Positions 44,630 to 53,998 of a stretch of 64,000 nucleotides of DNA are shown here, piece by piece. Position numbers and translations under genes: made by a program. The notes beneath the pieces were generated by a model that was given only the letters and a program-made list of their open reading frames with translations, was not told the origin of the DNA and ran no database searches. Position 1 is the first letter of the stretch, and each line of letters begins with the position of its first letter. This stretch comes from an uncultured Candidatus Rokubacteria bacterium (lineage in GTDB: Bacteria > Methylomirabilota > Methylomirabilia > Rokubacteriales > DASRDR01): assembly GCA_963708025.1 (NCBI GenBank), contig CAVPSB010000010.1:32001-96000 (forward strand), in the 5' to 3' direction.

Positions 44630-45391
44630 GTGACGAGCACGTCGCGCGCCGCGATCATGGTGACCTGCCTGGTGGACCTCTTCTACCCGCAGGTCGGGGA
44701 AGCGATGGTGCGCCTTCTCGGCCGCCACGGCGTGGACGTCCGGGTGCCGGCCAGCCAGACGTGCTGCGGCCTCCCGCTCTTCAACTCGGGGTACCACCGC
44801 GAGGCGGCCCGCGTCGCGCGGCGAACCCTGCCGCTCTTCGCGGACGCCGAGGCGGTCGTGGTCCCGTCGGGCTCGTGCGCCTGGATGGTGAAGGCCGAGT
44901 ACCCGCACCTGTTCCCCGGCGACCCGGCCCTCACCGCGGCGGCCCGGGCCCTCGCGGACCGGACGTACGAGCTGTCCCAGTACCTGGTGAGCGTGCTCGG
45001 CGTCAAGGAGGCGGGCGGTCGCGCCCGGGGCGTGAGCCGGGTCACCTATCACGACTCGTGTCACCTCCTGCGCGGGCTCGGCGAATCCCGGGCGCCCCGG
45101 ACGCTCCTGGCCGGCGCCGGCGTCGAGTACGCGGAGCTGGGTGGCGCCGACGAGTGCTGCGGCTTCGGCGGCTCCTTCGCGGTGCGGCTCCCCGACGTGT
45201 CGGGGGCGATCCTCCGCCGGAAGCTGGAGAACATCCGGGCGACGGGCGCCGACACGGTCGTGGCCTGTGACGCCGGGTGCCTCATGCAGATCGCCGGCGG
45301 GGTCGAGCGGGCGGGGGAGAAGGTCCGGGTGCGCCACCTGGCCGAGCTGCTGGCCGACTCCGGCGAGCAGGACGAACGTGGCGAGGCCTGA
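44630..45391 (+). CDS. lutA: Lactate utilization protein A (CCG domains)
   Basis: TCLVD, QTCCG, SGSC, YHDSCH, CCGFGG and GCLM. Confidence 0.9.
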   Translation: MTSTSRAAIMVTCLVDLFYPQVGEAMVRLLGRHGVDVRVPASQTCCGLPLFNSGYHREAARVARRTLPLFADAEAVVVPSGSCAWMVKAEYPHLFPGDPALTAAARALADRTYELSQYLVSVLGVKEAGGRARGVSRVTYHDSCHLLRGLGESRAPRTLLAGAGVEYAELGGADECCGFGGSFAVRLPDVSGAILRRKLENIRATGADTVVACDAGCLMQIAGGVERAGEKVRVRHLAELLADSGEQDERGEA

Positions 45392-46790
45392 GCTGGCGTC
45401 CCTCCCGGATCGGGCCCGCGCGGCGCTGGGCGACCCCTTCCTCCAGCAGGCGCTGGGGAACGCCACCGGCAAGTTCATGGCCGCTCGCCGGACGGCCCTC
45501 GCCGGCTTCCCGCAGGGCGAGGCGTACCGGGAGCGCGCGCGCCAGATCAAAGAGGCGACGCTCCAGCGGCTCGACGAGTACCTGGGGCGGCTCTGCGACA
45601 ACGTGGAGGGTTCGGGGGGTGTGGTCCACTGGGCGCGCGACGCGGCCGAGGCTCGGGCCATCGTGCTGGAGCTGGCCCGGGCCCGCGGCGTGCGGACGGT
45701 GGTCAAGTCGAAGTCGATGGCCACCGAGGAGATCCACCTCAACGACGCCCTGGCGGCGGCCGGCATCACCGCGGTGGAGACCGACCTGGGCGAGTACATC
45801 ATCCAGCTCGCTCACGAGCGGCCATCCCACATCATCGTCCCGGCCATCCACAAGACGGCCGGGCAGATCGCCGAGCTGTTCCGGGCGGAGACGGGCCGGG
45901 ACGTGCCGCCCGATCCCGAGGCGCTGACACGGGTCGCCCGCGAAGAGCTGCGCCAGCGGTTTCTCGAGGCCGACATGGGCGTCTCGGGGGTCAACTTCGC
46001 GGTGGCGGAGACCGGGACCCTGGTGCTGGTCACCAACGAGGGGAACGGCCGGCTGGTCACGACGCTCCCCCGGATCCACGTCGCCCTGATGGGGATCGAC
46101 AAGGTGATCCCCTCGCTCACGGACCTGATGGTGTTCCTCCAGTTGCTGCCGCGGGCGGCGACCGGTCAGAAGCTCACCACGTACACCAACCTGATCCGCG
46201 GGCCCCGCCGGCCGGGCGAGGCCGACGGCCCGGACGAGCTCCACCTCGTCATCCTCGACAACGGCCGCGTCGCCCAGCTCGCCGGCCCGCTCCGGGAGGC
46301 GCTCCACTGCCTCCGCTGCGGGGCCTGCCTGAACGTCTGTCCGGTCTACCGGGCGGTCGGCGGCCACGCCTACGGCCACGTCTATCCCGGCCCCATCGGG
46401 ATCCTGCTGACCGCCATGCTCGAAGGCACGCCTGCGGTCCGGGACCTGGCCCACGCCTCCAGCCTGTGCGGCGCCTGCCAGGAAGTGTGTCCGGTCAAGA
46501 TCGACATCCCGCGGATGCTGGTCGCGCTCCGGGTGAGCCTCGACCGGGAGCGGATCGCGCCGTGGCCCGAGCGGGTTCTGTTCAAGGCCTTCGCCCAGCT
46601 GCTGGCCCACCCGGCGCTGTTCCGCTTGCTGACCCGCGCTGGACGGTGGGCGCAGCGGTGGGCCATCGGTCCGGACGGGCGACTCCGCTGGCTGCCGTCT
46701 GTCCTCCGCGCCTGGACGGCGCACCGGGAGCTGCCGCCCCTCGCCCCGCGCTCGTTCACCGACGGCTGGCGCGAGCGAGGGCGGCCGTGA
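45378..46790 (+). CDS. lutB: Lactate utilization protein B (LUD + 4Fe-4S)
   Basis: KSKSM, ETDLGEYI, PSHII.PAIH, NEGN and CLRCGACLNVCP. Confidence 0.93.
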   Translation: MARPELASLPDRARAALGDPFLQQALGNATGKFMAARRTALAGFPQGEAYRERARQIKEATLQRLDEYLGRLCDNVEGSGGVVHWARDAAEARAIVLELARARGVRTVVKSKSMATEEIHLNDALAAAGITAVETDLGEYIIQLAHERPSHIIVPAIHKTAGQIAELFRAETGRDVPPDPEALTRVAREELRQRFLEADMGVSGVNFAVAETGTLVLVTNEGNGRLVTTLPRIHVALMGIDKVIPSLTDLMVFLQLLPRAATGQKLTTYTNLIRGPRRPGEADGPDELHLVILDNGRVAQLAGPLREALHCLRCGACLNVCPVYRAVGGHAYGHVYPGPIGILLTAMLEGTPAVRDLAHASSLCGACQEVCPVKIDIPRMLVALRVSLDRERIAPWPERVLFKAFAQLLAHPALFRLLTRAGRWAQRWAIGPDGRLRWLPSVLRAWTAHRELPPLAPRSFTDGWRERGRP

Positions 46791-47521
46791 CCACGCGCGC
46801 TGCCTTCCTGGAGCGGATCCGGCGGGAGATGCCCCGGACCTCCGGGCTGTTCCCGGCGGCGCCGAGCCCCCGGCCGGCGGCGCCCCTCCATGAGGCGGCC
46901 GCGATCCGGAGCCGCGCCCGGAGGGCGACGGAGGCGCTGCTGGCCCGCTTCCGGCTCGAGGCGGAGCAGGTGGGCACGGTGGTCCACCGGGCGGCGACGG
47001 TGGAGGAGGCGAGCGGGATCGTCCGGCAGCTCGCCGCCGACCGGGAGGCGCGCCGCGTGGCGACGTGGCGGCGCAGCCGCCTCGGCGCCGTGAGCGCGGT
47101 CGCGGCGCGCCTGGCCGAGGCCGGTCTCGACGTCTACGACGGGGCGCCCGAGAACGGCGGCGGGGGCACACGGACGGCGCCGGTGGCGCGACTGGCGATG
47201 ACGGAGCTGGGGCTGACGAGCGTGGACCTGGCGGTCGCCGAGACGGGGAGCCTGGTCCTGGCGTCCGGGGTCGGCAAGGGGCGGGCCGTCTCGCTCCTGC
47301 CGCCCTGCCACGTGGCGATCTTCGGCCCGGACCAGCTCGTGGAGACCCTCGAGGAGGCGGGCGTGATCCTGGAGGCCTGGAGCGCCGACGAGACCGGCGC
47401 GACCGGATCGAACATCGTGTTCGTCACGGGGCCGAGCCGCACGGCCGACATCGAGCTGACCCTGACCCGAGGCGTGCACGGTCCCCGGGAGGTGCACGCG
47501 GTGTTCGTGGACGCGCTCTGA
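46787..47521 (+). CDS. lutC: Lactate utilization protein C (LUD domain)
   Basis: AETGSL, SLLPP.H and TGPSRTADIE...GVHGP. Confidence 0.9.
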   Translation: MTTRAAFLERIRREMPRTSGLFPAAPSPRPAAPLHEAAAIRSRARRATEALLARFRLEAEQVGTVVHRAATVEEASGIVRQLAADREARRVATWRRSRLGAVSAVAARLAEAGLDVYDGAPENGGGGTRTAPVARLAMTELGLTSVDLAVAETGSLVLASGVGKGRAVSLLPPCHVAIFGPDQLVETLEEAGVILEAWSADETGATGSNIVFVTGPSRTADIELTLTRGVHGPREVHAVFVDAL

Positions 47522-47528
47522 TCTCCCG

Positions 47529-47951
47529 ATGACGGACGACGCGAAGCGATACTTCACCGTCGAGGAAGCCGAGCGGCTGATCCCGCGCCTGGAGGCGGCG
47601 ATGAACCGCGTGAAGGAGTGCCACGCCGAGGCCGGCCGCTGGCGCCAGGCGCTCCAGGAGGCCCAGCGCCAGGTGATGCTGGCGGGGGGGGCGCGGCTCG
47701 ATCAGGAGTTCTGGCGGGCACGGAAGACCCGGCTGGCGGCCGTCACCGCCGAGCTGCAGGAAAAGATCGGTGACATCATCAGCCTGGGCGGCGTGCCGAA
47801 GGACCTCGAGCTGGGGCTGGTGGACTTCCTGGCCCTGCTCGGCGAGCGCGAGGTGAATCTTTGCTGGCGGCTCGGTGAGCGGCGCATCCGGTTCTGGCAC
47901 GGCCTCGACGAGGGCTACGCCGCCCGGAAGCCGCTCCCCAGCTCCGACTGA
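47529..47951 (+). CDS. DUF2203-family protein
   Basis: FTVEEA, KDLELGLVDF, LCWRLGE...WH..EGYA.RKP. Confidence 0.88.
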   Translation: MTDDAKRYFTVEEAERLIPRLEAAMNRVKECHAEAGRWRQALQEAQRQVMLAGGARLDQEFWRARKTRLAAVTAELQEKIGDIISLGGVPKDLELGLVDFLALLGEREVNLCWRLGERRIRFWHGLDEGYAARKPLPSSD

Positions 47952-47954
47952 CAG

Positions 47955-48215
47955 CTCTTCCGGCTCCCCCTCCCCCGGTGGGTCGGGGAGGGGGGCTGAG
48001 GGGGTCCCGGAAATACCCGGGGCCCCGAACTGAGGCGTGTGAGCGTGGGCTCTTCCGGCTCCCTCCCCCGGTGGGTGGGGGAGGGGGCGGGGCGGGAGGA
48101 GGGAGGTCCCGGAAATACCCGGGGCCCCGAACTGAGGCGTGTGAGCTCGTGGGCTCTTCCGGCTCCCCCTCCCCCCCGGTGGGTGGGGGAGGGGGGCGGG
48201 GGGGAGGAGGGAGGT
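47955..48215. repeat. Tandem array (about 2.6 copies of 95-105 bp) of a G-rich palindromic repeat
   Basis: The unit GCTCTTCCGGCTCCCCCTCCCCCGGTGGGT.GGGGAGGGGG...GTCCCGGAAATACCCGGGGCCCCGAACTGAGGCGTGTGAGC starts near 47955, 48049 and 48153. Confidence 0.85.
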
Positions 48216-48225
48216 TTCGAAAGTC

Positions 48226-49212
48226 ATGCGGTTGATCCCGGCTAGTACGGGCTCGTACCCCCGGATCGGGGACACCCCGGCGGCCCAGCGGCACCGGCGG
48301 GCCTATGCCCAGCGCGAGCGGGGCGAGCTGTCGGCGACGGACTGGCGGACGGTGGAGGACGAGGTCACGCGCGAGGTGATCGCCGAGCAGCTCGCCGCGG
48401 GCGTGGAGCTGCCGACCGACGGGCAGGTGCGCTGGTACGATCCAATCTCGCACCTGGCCCGCGGCCTCACGAACGTGACGGTGAACGGGCTCCTCCGCTA
48501 CTTCGACACCAACTTCTATTTCCGCCAGCCGGTGGTGCGGGGACCGATCGCCCGCTCCGGCTCGATCCTGCTCCAGGAGTTCGAGGCCGGCCGGGCGGCG
48601 GCCGCGCCCCGGGAGCTCAAGCCGGTGCTCACCGGGCCGTACAGCCTGGCCCAGGGCTCGATCCTGGATGGCGGCTACGGGAGCCGGGATGGGCTGGCCG
48701 ACGCGTACGCGGAGGTCGTGGCCCAGGAGGTGGCCGCCCTGGCCCGGGCCGGGGCGACGCTGATCCAGATCGACGAGCCCTATCTTCTCCAGCACCCCGA
48801 GGACCTGGGCGTGGTGCAGCGGAGCTTCGCGGCGCTGGCGGCCGCGCGCGGGGGCGCCCGGCTCGCCTGCTACACGTACTTCGGGGACGCGCTGCCGCTC
48901 TACGACGATCTCCAGGCCCTCCCGGTGGACGTCCTCGGGCTCGACTTCACCTACAGCCCCAAGCTGGCGGTGCGGGTCGCCGAGACGGGGTCGGCCAAGA
49001 TGCTGGGGCTGGGGCTGATCGACGGGCGCAACACCAAGCTGGAAACGCGAGAGATGGTCTTCCCCGTGCTCGATCAGATCGCCGGCCGGCTCGGGGAGAC
49101 CGCGTACCTCAATCCCTCGTGTGGCCTCGAGTTCCTGCCGCGGGCGCGCGCCCGTGCCAAGATCGAGGGGATGGCTCGGCTGGCGCGCGAGTATGCGGGC
49201 CAAGGAGCGTGA
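48226..49212 (+). CDS. Cobalamin-independent methionine synthase, N-terminal-half-like subunit
   Basis: GSYPR, DGQVRWYD, RYFDTNFYFR.P, IQIDEP, TYFG and NPSCGLEFLP. Lacks the HxC Zn motif. Confidence 0.85.
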   Translation: MRLIPASTGSYPRIGDTPAAQRHRRAYAQRERGELSATDWRTVEDEVTREVIAEQLAAGVELPTDGQVRWYDPISHLARGLTNVTVNGLLRYFDTNFYFRQPVVRGPIARSGSILLQEFEAGRAAAAPRELKPVLTGPYSLAQGSILDGGYGSRDGLADAYAEVVAQEVAALARAGATLIQIDEPYLLQHPEDLGVVQRSFAALAAARGGARLACYTYFGDALPLYDDLQALPVDVLGLDFTYSPKLAVRVAETGSAKMLGLGLIDGRNTKLETREMVFPVLDQIAGRLGETAYLNPSCGLEFLPRARARAKIEGMARLAREYAGQGA

Positions 49213-49213
49213 G

Positions 49214-50215
49214 ATGAGCCGGACGAAGCTCGAGGCCCTCGGCCTGGACCTGCCGCTCCTGCCGACCTCCACGGTCGGGAGCTTTCCCAAGCCCGACTAC
49301 CTCGTAGAGGCCCGGGGCAAGGCGGCGCGGAGCGCGATCACCCGCGAGGAGCTGGACCGACTGGAGCGCCAGGCCACCGAGTTCTGGGTCCGCGTCCAGG
49401 AGGAGCTGGGCGTGGACGTGCTCGTGGATGGGGAGCAGTACCGCGGCGACATGGTGGCCTACTTCGCAGAGACCATGGGTGGCTTCGCTCGCGGCGGGCT
49501 CGTGCGCTCCTACGGGAACCGCTACTACCACAAGCCGGTGATCGTCGGCGCAGTCGAGTGGCCGGGCCCGATCACGGTCGACTGGTGGCGGTGGACGCAG
49601 TCCCTGACCAGCCGGCCCGTCAAGGGGATGCTCACCGGCCCGTACACGATCATGGACTGGTCGTTCAACGACCACTACCCCGATCGGAAGGCCGCCTGCC
49701 TGGCCCTGGCGCGGGAGGTGCGCAAGGAGCTGGAGGCGCTCCTCGCCGCCGGGGCCAAGGTCGTGCAGATCGACGAGCCGGCGCTCTCCGTCCGTCCCGA
49801 CGAGCTGCCCTTCGCGGTCGAGGCCATGCACCTCGTAGTCGACGGGCTGCCGGCCTACTACATCGTTCATGCCTGCTTCGGGGCCTTCGAGACGATCTAT
49901 CCGGGACTGCTGGACCTCCCGGTCGACAACCTGGACCTCGCCATTTCCCACAGCGCGCTCGATCTCCTCGGCATGTTCGAGAAGAACCCGTTCACGAAGG
50001 ACCTGTCGCTCGGCGTCCTCGACGTGCACAGCCACGTCGTCGAGTCGGCCACCGAGGTCAGGGGCCGGATCGAGCGGGGGATCGGGGTGCTGCCGGTGGA
50101 GCGGATCTGGGTGGACCCGGACTGCGGGCTGAAGACGCGGACGGTGGAGGAGGCGCGCGGCAAGCTCGCCGCCATGATGGCCGCCGTGCAGGAGATCCGT
50201 TCCACCCGAAGCTGA
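49214..50215 (+). CDS. metE: Cobalamin-independent methionine synthase, catalytic (C-terminal-half) subunit
   Basis: TVGSFPKP, DGEQYRGDMV.YF, VRSYG, KGMLTGPYT, QIDEPA, HAC and PDCGLKT. Confidence 0.9.
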   Translation: MSRTKLEALGLDLPLLPTSTVGSFPKPDYLVEARGKAARSAITREELDRLERQATEFWVRVQEELGVDVLVDGEQYRGDMVAYFAETMGGFARGGLVRSYGNRYYHKPVIVGAVEWPGPITVDWWRWTQSLTSRPVKGMLTGPYTIMDWSFNDHYPDRKAACLALAREVRKELEALLAAGAKVVQIDEPALSVRPDELPFAVEAMHLVVDGLPAYYIVHACFGAFETIYPGLLDLPVDNLDLAISHSALDLLGMFEKNPFTKDLSLGVLDVHSHVVESATEVRGRIERGIGVLPVERIWVDPDCGLKTRTVEEARGKLAAMMAAVQEIRSTRS

Positions 50216-50364
50216 GGGCGCGTGAACCAACGGTTCCTCCGGCCCCCCCGGGGGGGTGGGGGACGGGGCGGCCGAACTGAGGGCGTCTGAAACGAACGGC
50301 TTCCTCCGGCCCCCCCCGGTGGGTGGGGGAGGGGGGCTGGGGGGTGGGCGGGAGGTGACGAACG

Positions 50365-51114
50365 TTGCCCCGCTACACGACAGTCCTGTTCGACATGTTC
50401 GACACCCTGGTCCGGCTCAACCGCGACCGGCTCCCGAGCGTCCAGCTCGGTGGGCGCGAGGTGCGCTCGTCGGTGGCGTGCCTGTACCCGGTCGCGGCCG
50501 CCGCGCTGCCGGGGGTGACCCTCGAGGGCTTCTACGACGCCTTCCTGGGCAGCTATCGGGACGCCGAGCGCCAGCGGGGGGTGGACCATCGGGAGATCCC
50601 GGCCCTCGAACGGTTCAGCTTCTGCTACGCGAGGCTCGGTGTCGATCCTGCGACAGTCCCCCGGGAGCTGACCGAGCGGCTGATCGACCTCCACGCCGGG
50701 AGCCTCGCCGGGGTGGCCGAACCCCTGCCCGGCCGGCACGACCTGCTCCAGTGGCTGGCCGGCCGCTACCGCCTCGGCCTCGTCTCGAACTTCGACTACT
50801 CGCCGACGGTGCGGCGGATCCTGCAGGACGGCGCGATCCTGGACCGGTTCGACGTGCTGATCGTCTCCGATGCCGTGGGCTGGCGGAAGCCGAGCCCCCG
50901 CATCTTCGAGGCGGCATTCGCCCGCCTCGGCGTCGGCGCCCCGGAGTGCCTGTTCGTCGGGGACCGCCCCGATATCGACGTCGCCGGGGCCAAGGCCGTC
51001 GGAATGGACGCCGCGTGGCTCAACCCGGAGGGGCTGGCGCTCCCGGACGGGCTCCCCGGCCCCGATTTCACGCTCGGCTGCCTGGCCGACCTGCGGCCCG
51101 TGCTGGAGCGATAG
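50365..51114 (+). CDS. HAD-family hydrolase
   Basis: FDMFDTL, VSN, KP and VGD...D..GA. Confidence 0.9.
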   Translation: MPRYTTVLFDMFDTLVRLNRDRLPSVQLGGREVRSSVACLYPVAAAALPGVTLEGFYDAFLGSYRDAERQRGVDHREIPALERFSFCYARLGVDPATVPRELTERLIDLHAGSLAGVAEPLPGRHDLLQWLAGRYRLGLVSNFDYSPTVRRILQDGAILDRFDVLIVSDAVGWRKPSPRIFEAAFARLGVGAPECLFVGDRPDIDVAGAKAVGMDAAWLNPEGLALPDGLPGPDFTLGCLADLRPVLER

Positions 51115-51284
51115 CCTCTTCGGGGGGGTCTCGGAAAGACCGTGGCGACGGCGAAGCCGCCGCGCGGAGGCTCTTCCCGCTCGCCTCACACTGAAACGCG
51201 ACCCGGCGAACCGGGCGGCGCCGTCGGGCACCGGCTGCCGTGGACCACGCTCGGCAAGTAGGCGCCAGGGCTCGAAAAAACTCC

Positions 51285-51313
51285 TTGACGCCCCGAGCCG
51301 CTCCCGGTAGAAT
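51285..51313 (+). promoter_or_regulatory. Sigma70 promoter of the cold-shock gene
   Basis: TTGACG-N17-TAGAAT, about 130 nt upstream of the ATG. Confidence 0.75.
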
Positions 51314-51445
51314 GCCAGCCTGATTGACGGGGTAGGCTGCTTGCCAGGAGATCAAGCTCGATCCCGCCGTAAGGGCTCTCGAAATGGCCCTTGCGGTTTT
51401 TTGTTGGCCGCCAGCCCCCAGCCTTGACGGAAGGAGACCGAAGGA

Positions 51446-51649
51446 ATGCGCGAGAGCGGTGTGGTCAAGTGGTTCAACGAGGCCAAGGGGTACGGCTTCA
51501 TCGAGCGACCCGGCGGGGAGGACGTCTTCGTCCACTACTCCGCCATCCAGGGCGCGGGCTTCCGCACGCTGGCCGAAGGCCAGGCGGTGGAGTTCGACGT
51601 CGTGGAGGGCCCGAAGGGGAAGCAGGCGGCCAACGTAACCAAGAAATAG
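51446..51649 (+). CDS. csp: Cold-shock protein
   Basis: GVVKWFN..KGYGFI and DVFVHYSAI. Confidence 0.97.
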   Translation: MRESGVVKWFNEAKGYGFIERPGGEDVFVHYSAIQGAGFRTLAEGQAVEFDVVEGPKGKQAANVTKK

Positions 51650-51667
51650 GGAGACCGGTCTACCGGG

Positions 51668-51705
51668 CGGCCCCGGGGAGCGATCCCCGGGGCCGTTTGC
51701 TTTTC
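51668..51705 (+). terminator. Intrinsic terminator after csp
   Basis: CGGCCCCGGGGA-GCGA-TCCCCGGGGCCG followed by TTTGCTTTT. Confidence 0.75.
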
Positions 51706-51773
51706 GGGTGGCGCATCGCGCCGGACGATGGCGGCGTCATATAATCGGTGAGAGGGAAGGAGGTATCCGCCCT

Positions 51774-52724
51774 ATGGGCCCACGGGACGAGATCCGCCAG
51801 GTTCTGATCATCGGGTCGGGACCCGCCGGCCTGACCGCCGCTATCTACACCGGCCGGGCGAACCTTTCGCCCCTCATGCTGGCTGGCAGCCAGCCCGGCG
51901 GCCAGCTGACGCTGACGACCGATGTCGAGAACTACCCGGGCTTCGAGCACGGGATCATGGGGCCCGAGCTGATGGACATCATGCGTCGTCAGGCGGCGCG
52001 GTTCGGGGCCGAGATCCTGGACGACGATGCCATCGGGGTGGACCTCTCGCACCGTCCCTTCCAGGTCAAGACCGCCGAGCGCACGTATGCGGCCGAGACC
52101 CTCATCGTCAGCACGGGGGCCTCGGCCAAGATGCTCGGCCTGCCGTCGGAGAGGCAGCTTCTCGGCCGAGGGGTGTCCACCTGCGCGACGTGCGACGGCT
52201 TCTTCTTCAAGGGGCAGGACCTGGCCGTGGTGGGCGGGGGAGACTCGGCCCTCGAAGAGGCGAACTTCCTCACCAAGTTCGCGAACAAGGTGACCGTCGT
52301 CCACCGGCGCGACGCCCTCCGGGCCTCGAAGATCATGCAGGATCGGGCGCGGCGGAACGAGAAGATCGCCTGGATCTGGGACAGCACGATCGACGAGGTC
52401 ATGGACCCGGCCCAGGGGAAGGTCGTCGGGGCCCGGGTCCGGAACCTCAAGACCGGCGCGATGAGCGAGTTGCCGGTCGGCGGCGTGTTCATTGCGATCG
52501 GCCACACGCCGAACACCCAGCTCGTCGCCGGCCAGATGGAGCTGGACCCGGGTGGGTACATCGTCACCGCGTCCGGCTCGACCCGGACCAGCGTCCCCGG
52601 GGTCTTCGCGGCCGGCGACGTCGCCGACCACGTCTACCGACAGGCGGTGACCGCGGCCGGCACGGGCTGCATGGCCGCCATCGACGCCGAGCGCTTCCTG
52701 GAGGCCGAAGGCACCTCCCACTAG
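51774..52724 (+). CDS. trxB: Thioredoxin-disulfide reductase
   Basis: GSGPAG, VENYPG, CATCDG, GGGDSA and GVFAAGD. Confidence 0.97.
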   Translation: MGPRDEIRQVLIIGSGPAGLTAAIYTGRANLSPLMLAGSQPGGQLTLTTDVENYPGFEHGIMGPELMDIMRRQAARFGAEILDDDAIGVDLSHRPFQVKTAERTYAAETLIVSTGASAKMLGLPSERQLLGRGVSTCATCDGFFFKGQDLAVVGGGDSALEEANFLTKFANKVTVVHRRDALRASKIMQDRARRNEKIAWIWDSTIDEVMDPAQGKVVGARVRNLKTGAMSELPVGGVFIAIGHTPNTQLVAGQMELDPGGYIVTASGSTRTSVPGVFAAGDVADHVYRQAVTAAGTGCMAAIDAERFLEAEGTSH

Positions 52725-52858
52725 ATCATTCCGGGGGGCTCTCGGAAGCCCCCCCGATGCCCCCCGTCGTGGCGGCGGCGAAGCCGCCGGGCGGACGCCC
52801 TCCACGGCTCGCCTCGCACTGAACGCGATACGGCATACTCCGACAGTCTCCTTCTAGA

Positions 52859-53672
52859 CTAGGTGCCGATGCGAAGCGGGGCCGACAGGTCGCGCAGGTA
52901 GGCGATCGTCGAGAGGTAGGAGAGCTTGCCGGTCCGCGGGTTCTCGGAGGGCACGTTCTCGATCTCGACGTAGAGCCGGCCGAAGGCGCCCTCGGCCGTC
53001 ACCGCGTGCCGATTCCGGGCGAGGCCGGGCGTCGCGAAGACCCGGATCCGGGTGGCGTCGGGACCGAGCCCGGCCAGGGACACCGCGGCCACCACGTTCA
53101 CGTTCGCCGGAAACGCCCGACACGCCTCCCGGGCCGTCCCCTCGAAGACGAGCGTCTCCTGCCGGAGGCCGTCGAGGTCGAGGCCGGCGACGCCGGGGGC
53201 GCCGGCGAGGCCGCGCGGCGGCTTGCGGGTTTCCATCACCACCGACGTCAGGTGGCCGGCGACCGCGGCGCCCTTCAGCCCGTCGAGCCCGGCGATCGCC
53301 GCCGAGGGCGCGTGGATCCGGGCACCACGGCGCGCGGCCAGCGCCGGCCACTCCGGGTGCCCGAGGAGCCCCCCGACCGAGAGGACGAGGAGATCGCGCC
53401 CGGCCTCGAGCACCGCGGGGGCCAGCTCGGCCAGGGCGCGCCTGGGTGGCGGCCTCGACGACGAGGTCGGAGGCCTCGATCAGCCGGGGCAGGCCGAGGC
53501 AGGGCGGCGCGCCCGGCAGGCTCTCGAGAAAGGCCTTGGCCTGAGCTTCGTCCCGGCTGGTCCCGCCGGCCAGGACGCATCCGGGAACGCCCTCGGCGAG
53601 CGCGCGCGCCACCGCGCGGCCGATCACGCCCAGCCCGAAGATCCCGATCCGCCGAACGCCCGTCATCGTCAT
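52859..53672 (-). CDS. nadX: Aspartate dehydrogenase family protein (frameshift near 53440)
   Basis: GLGVIG and VVEAA in one frame. SAAIAGLD, TRKPP, FPANVNV and NPRTG in the other. Confidence 0.85.
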
Positions 53673-53998
53673 TCTAGATTCCTCGAAGGGTCGAGTTCGC
53701 GGGGCGAGGCCGAGGAGCGATCAGCGCCCAAAGGCCGAAGGCCGTCCGAAGGACGCAGGGAGTCGCCGACCGCAGGCGTACTCCGAGTACGCCGAGGATC
53801 GGCGACGACCGAGGACGACGCGATGCGAAGCTCATCATGGTGATCAGGGAGCCCCCGATGTTCGCGTTGTTGGACGCCTCACTCGCGATGTGGTGCGCCT
53901 CCAGCGTGTGGGGCCGGGAGAATCGCGGTCGGCGTGAGCGGCGTCATCGTAGCAACCGGCCTTCGGGAAATCAAGACGGCGTGCTATCCTAGCGCGCG

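Noticed and set aside
47955-48215. Possible CRISPR array
   Set aside because: The units are near-identical along their whole length with no unique spacers, and no cas genes are present.
47952-48225. SAM or cobalamin riboswitch upstream of metE
   Set aside because: No recognisable riboswitch core; the interval is fully explained by the tandem repeat.
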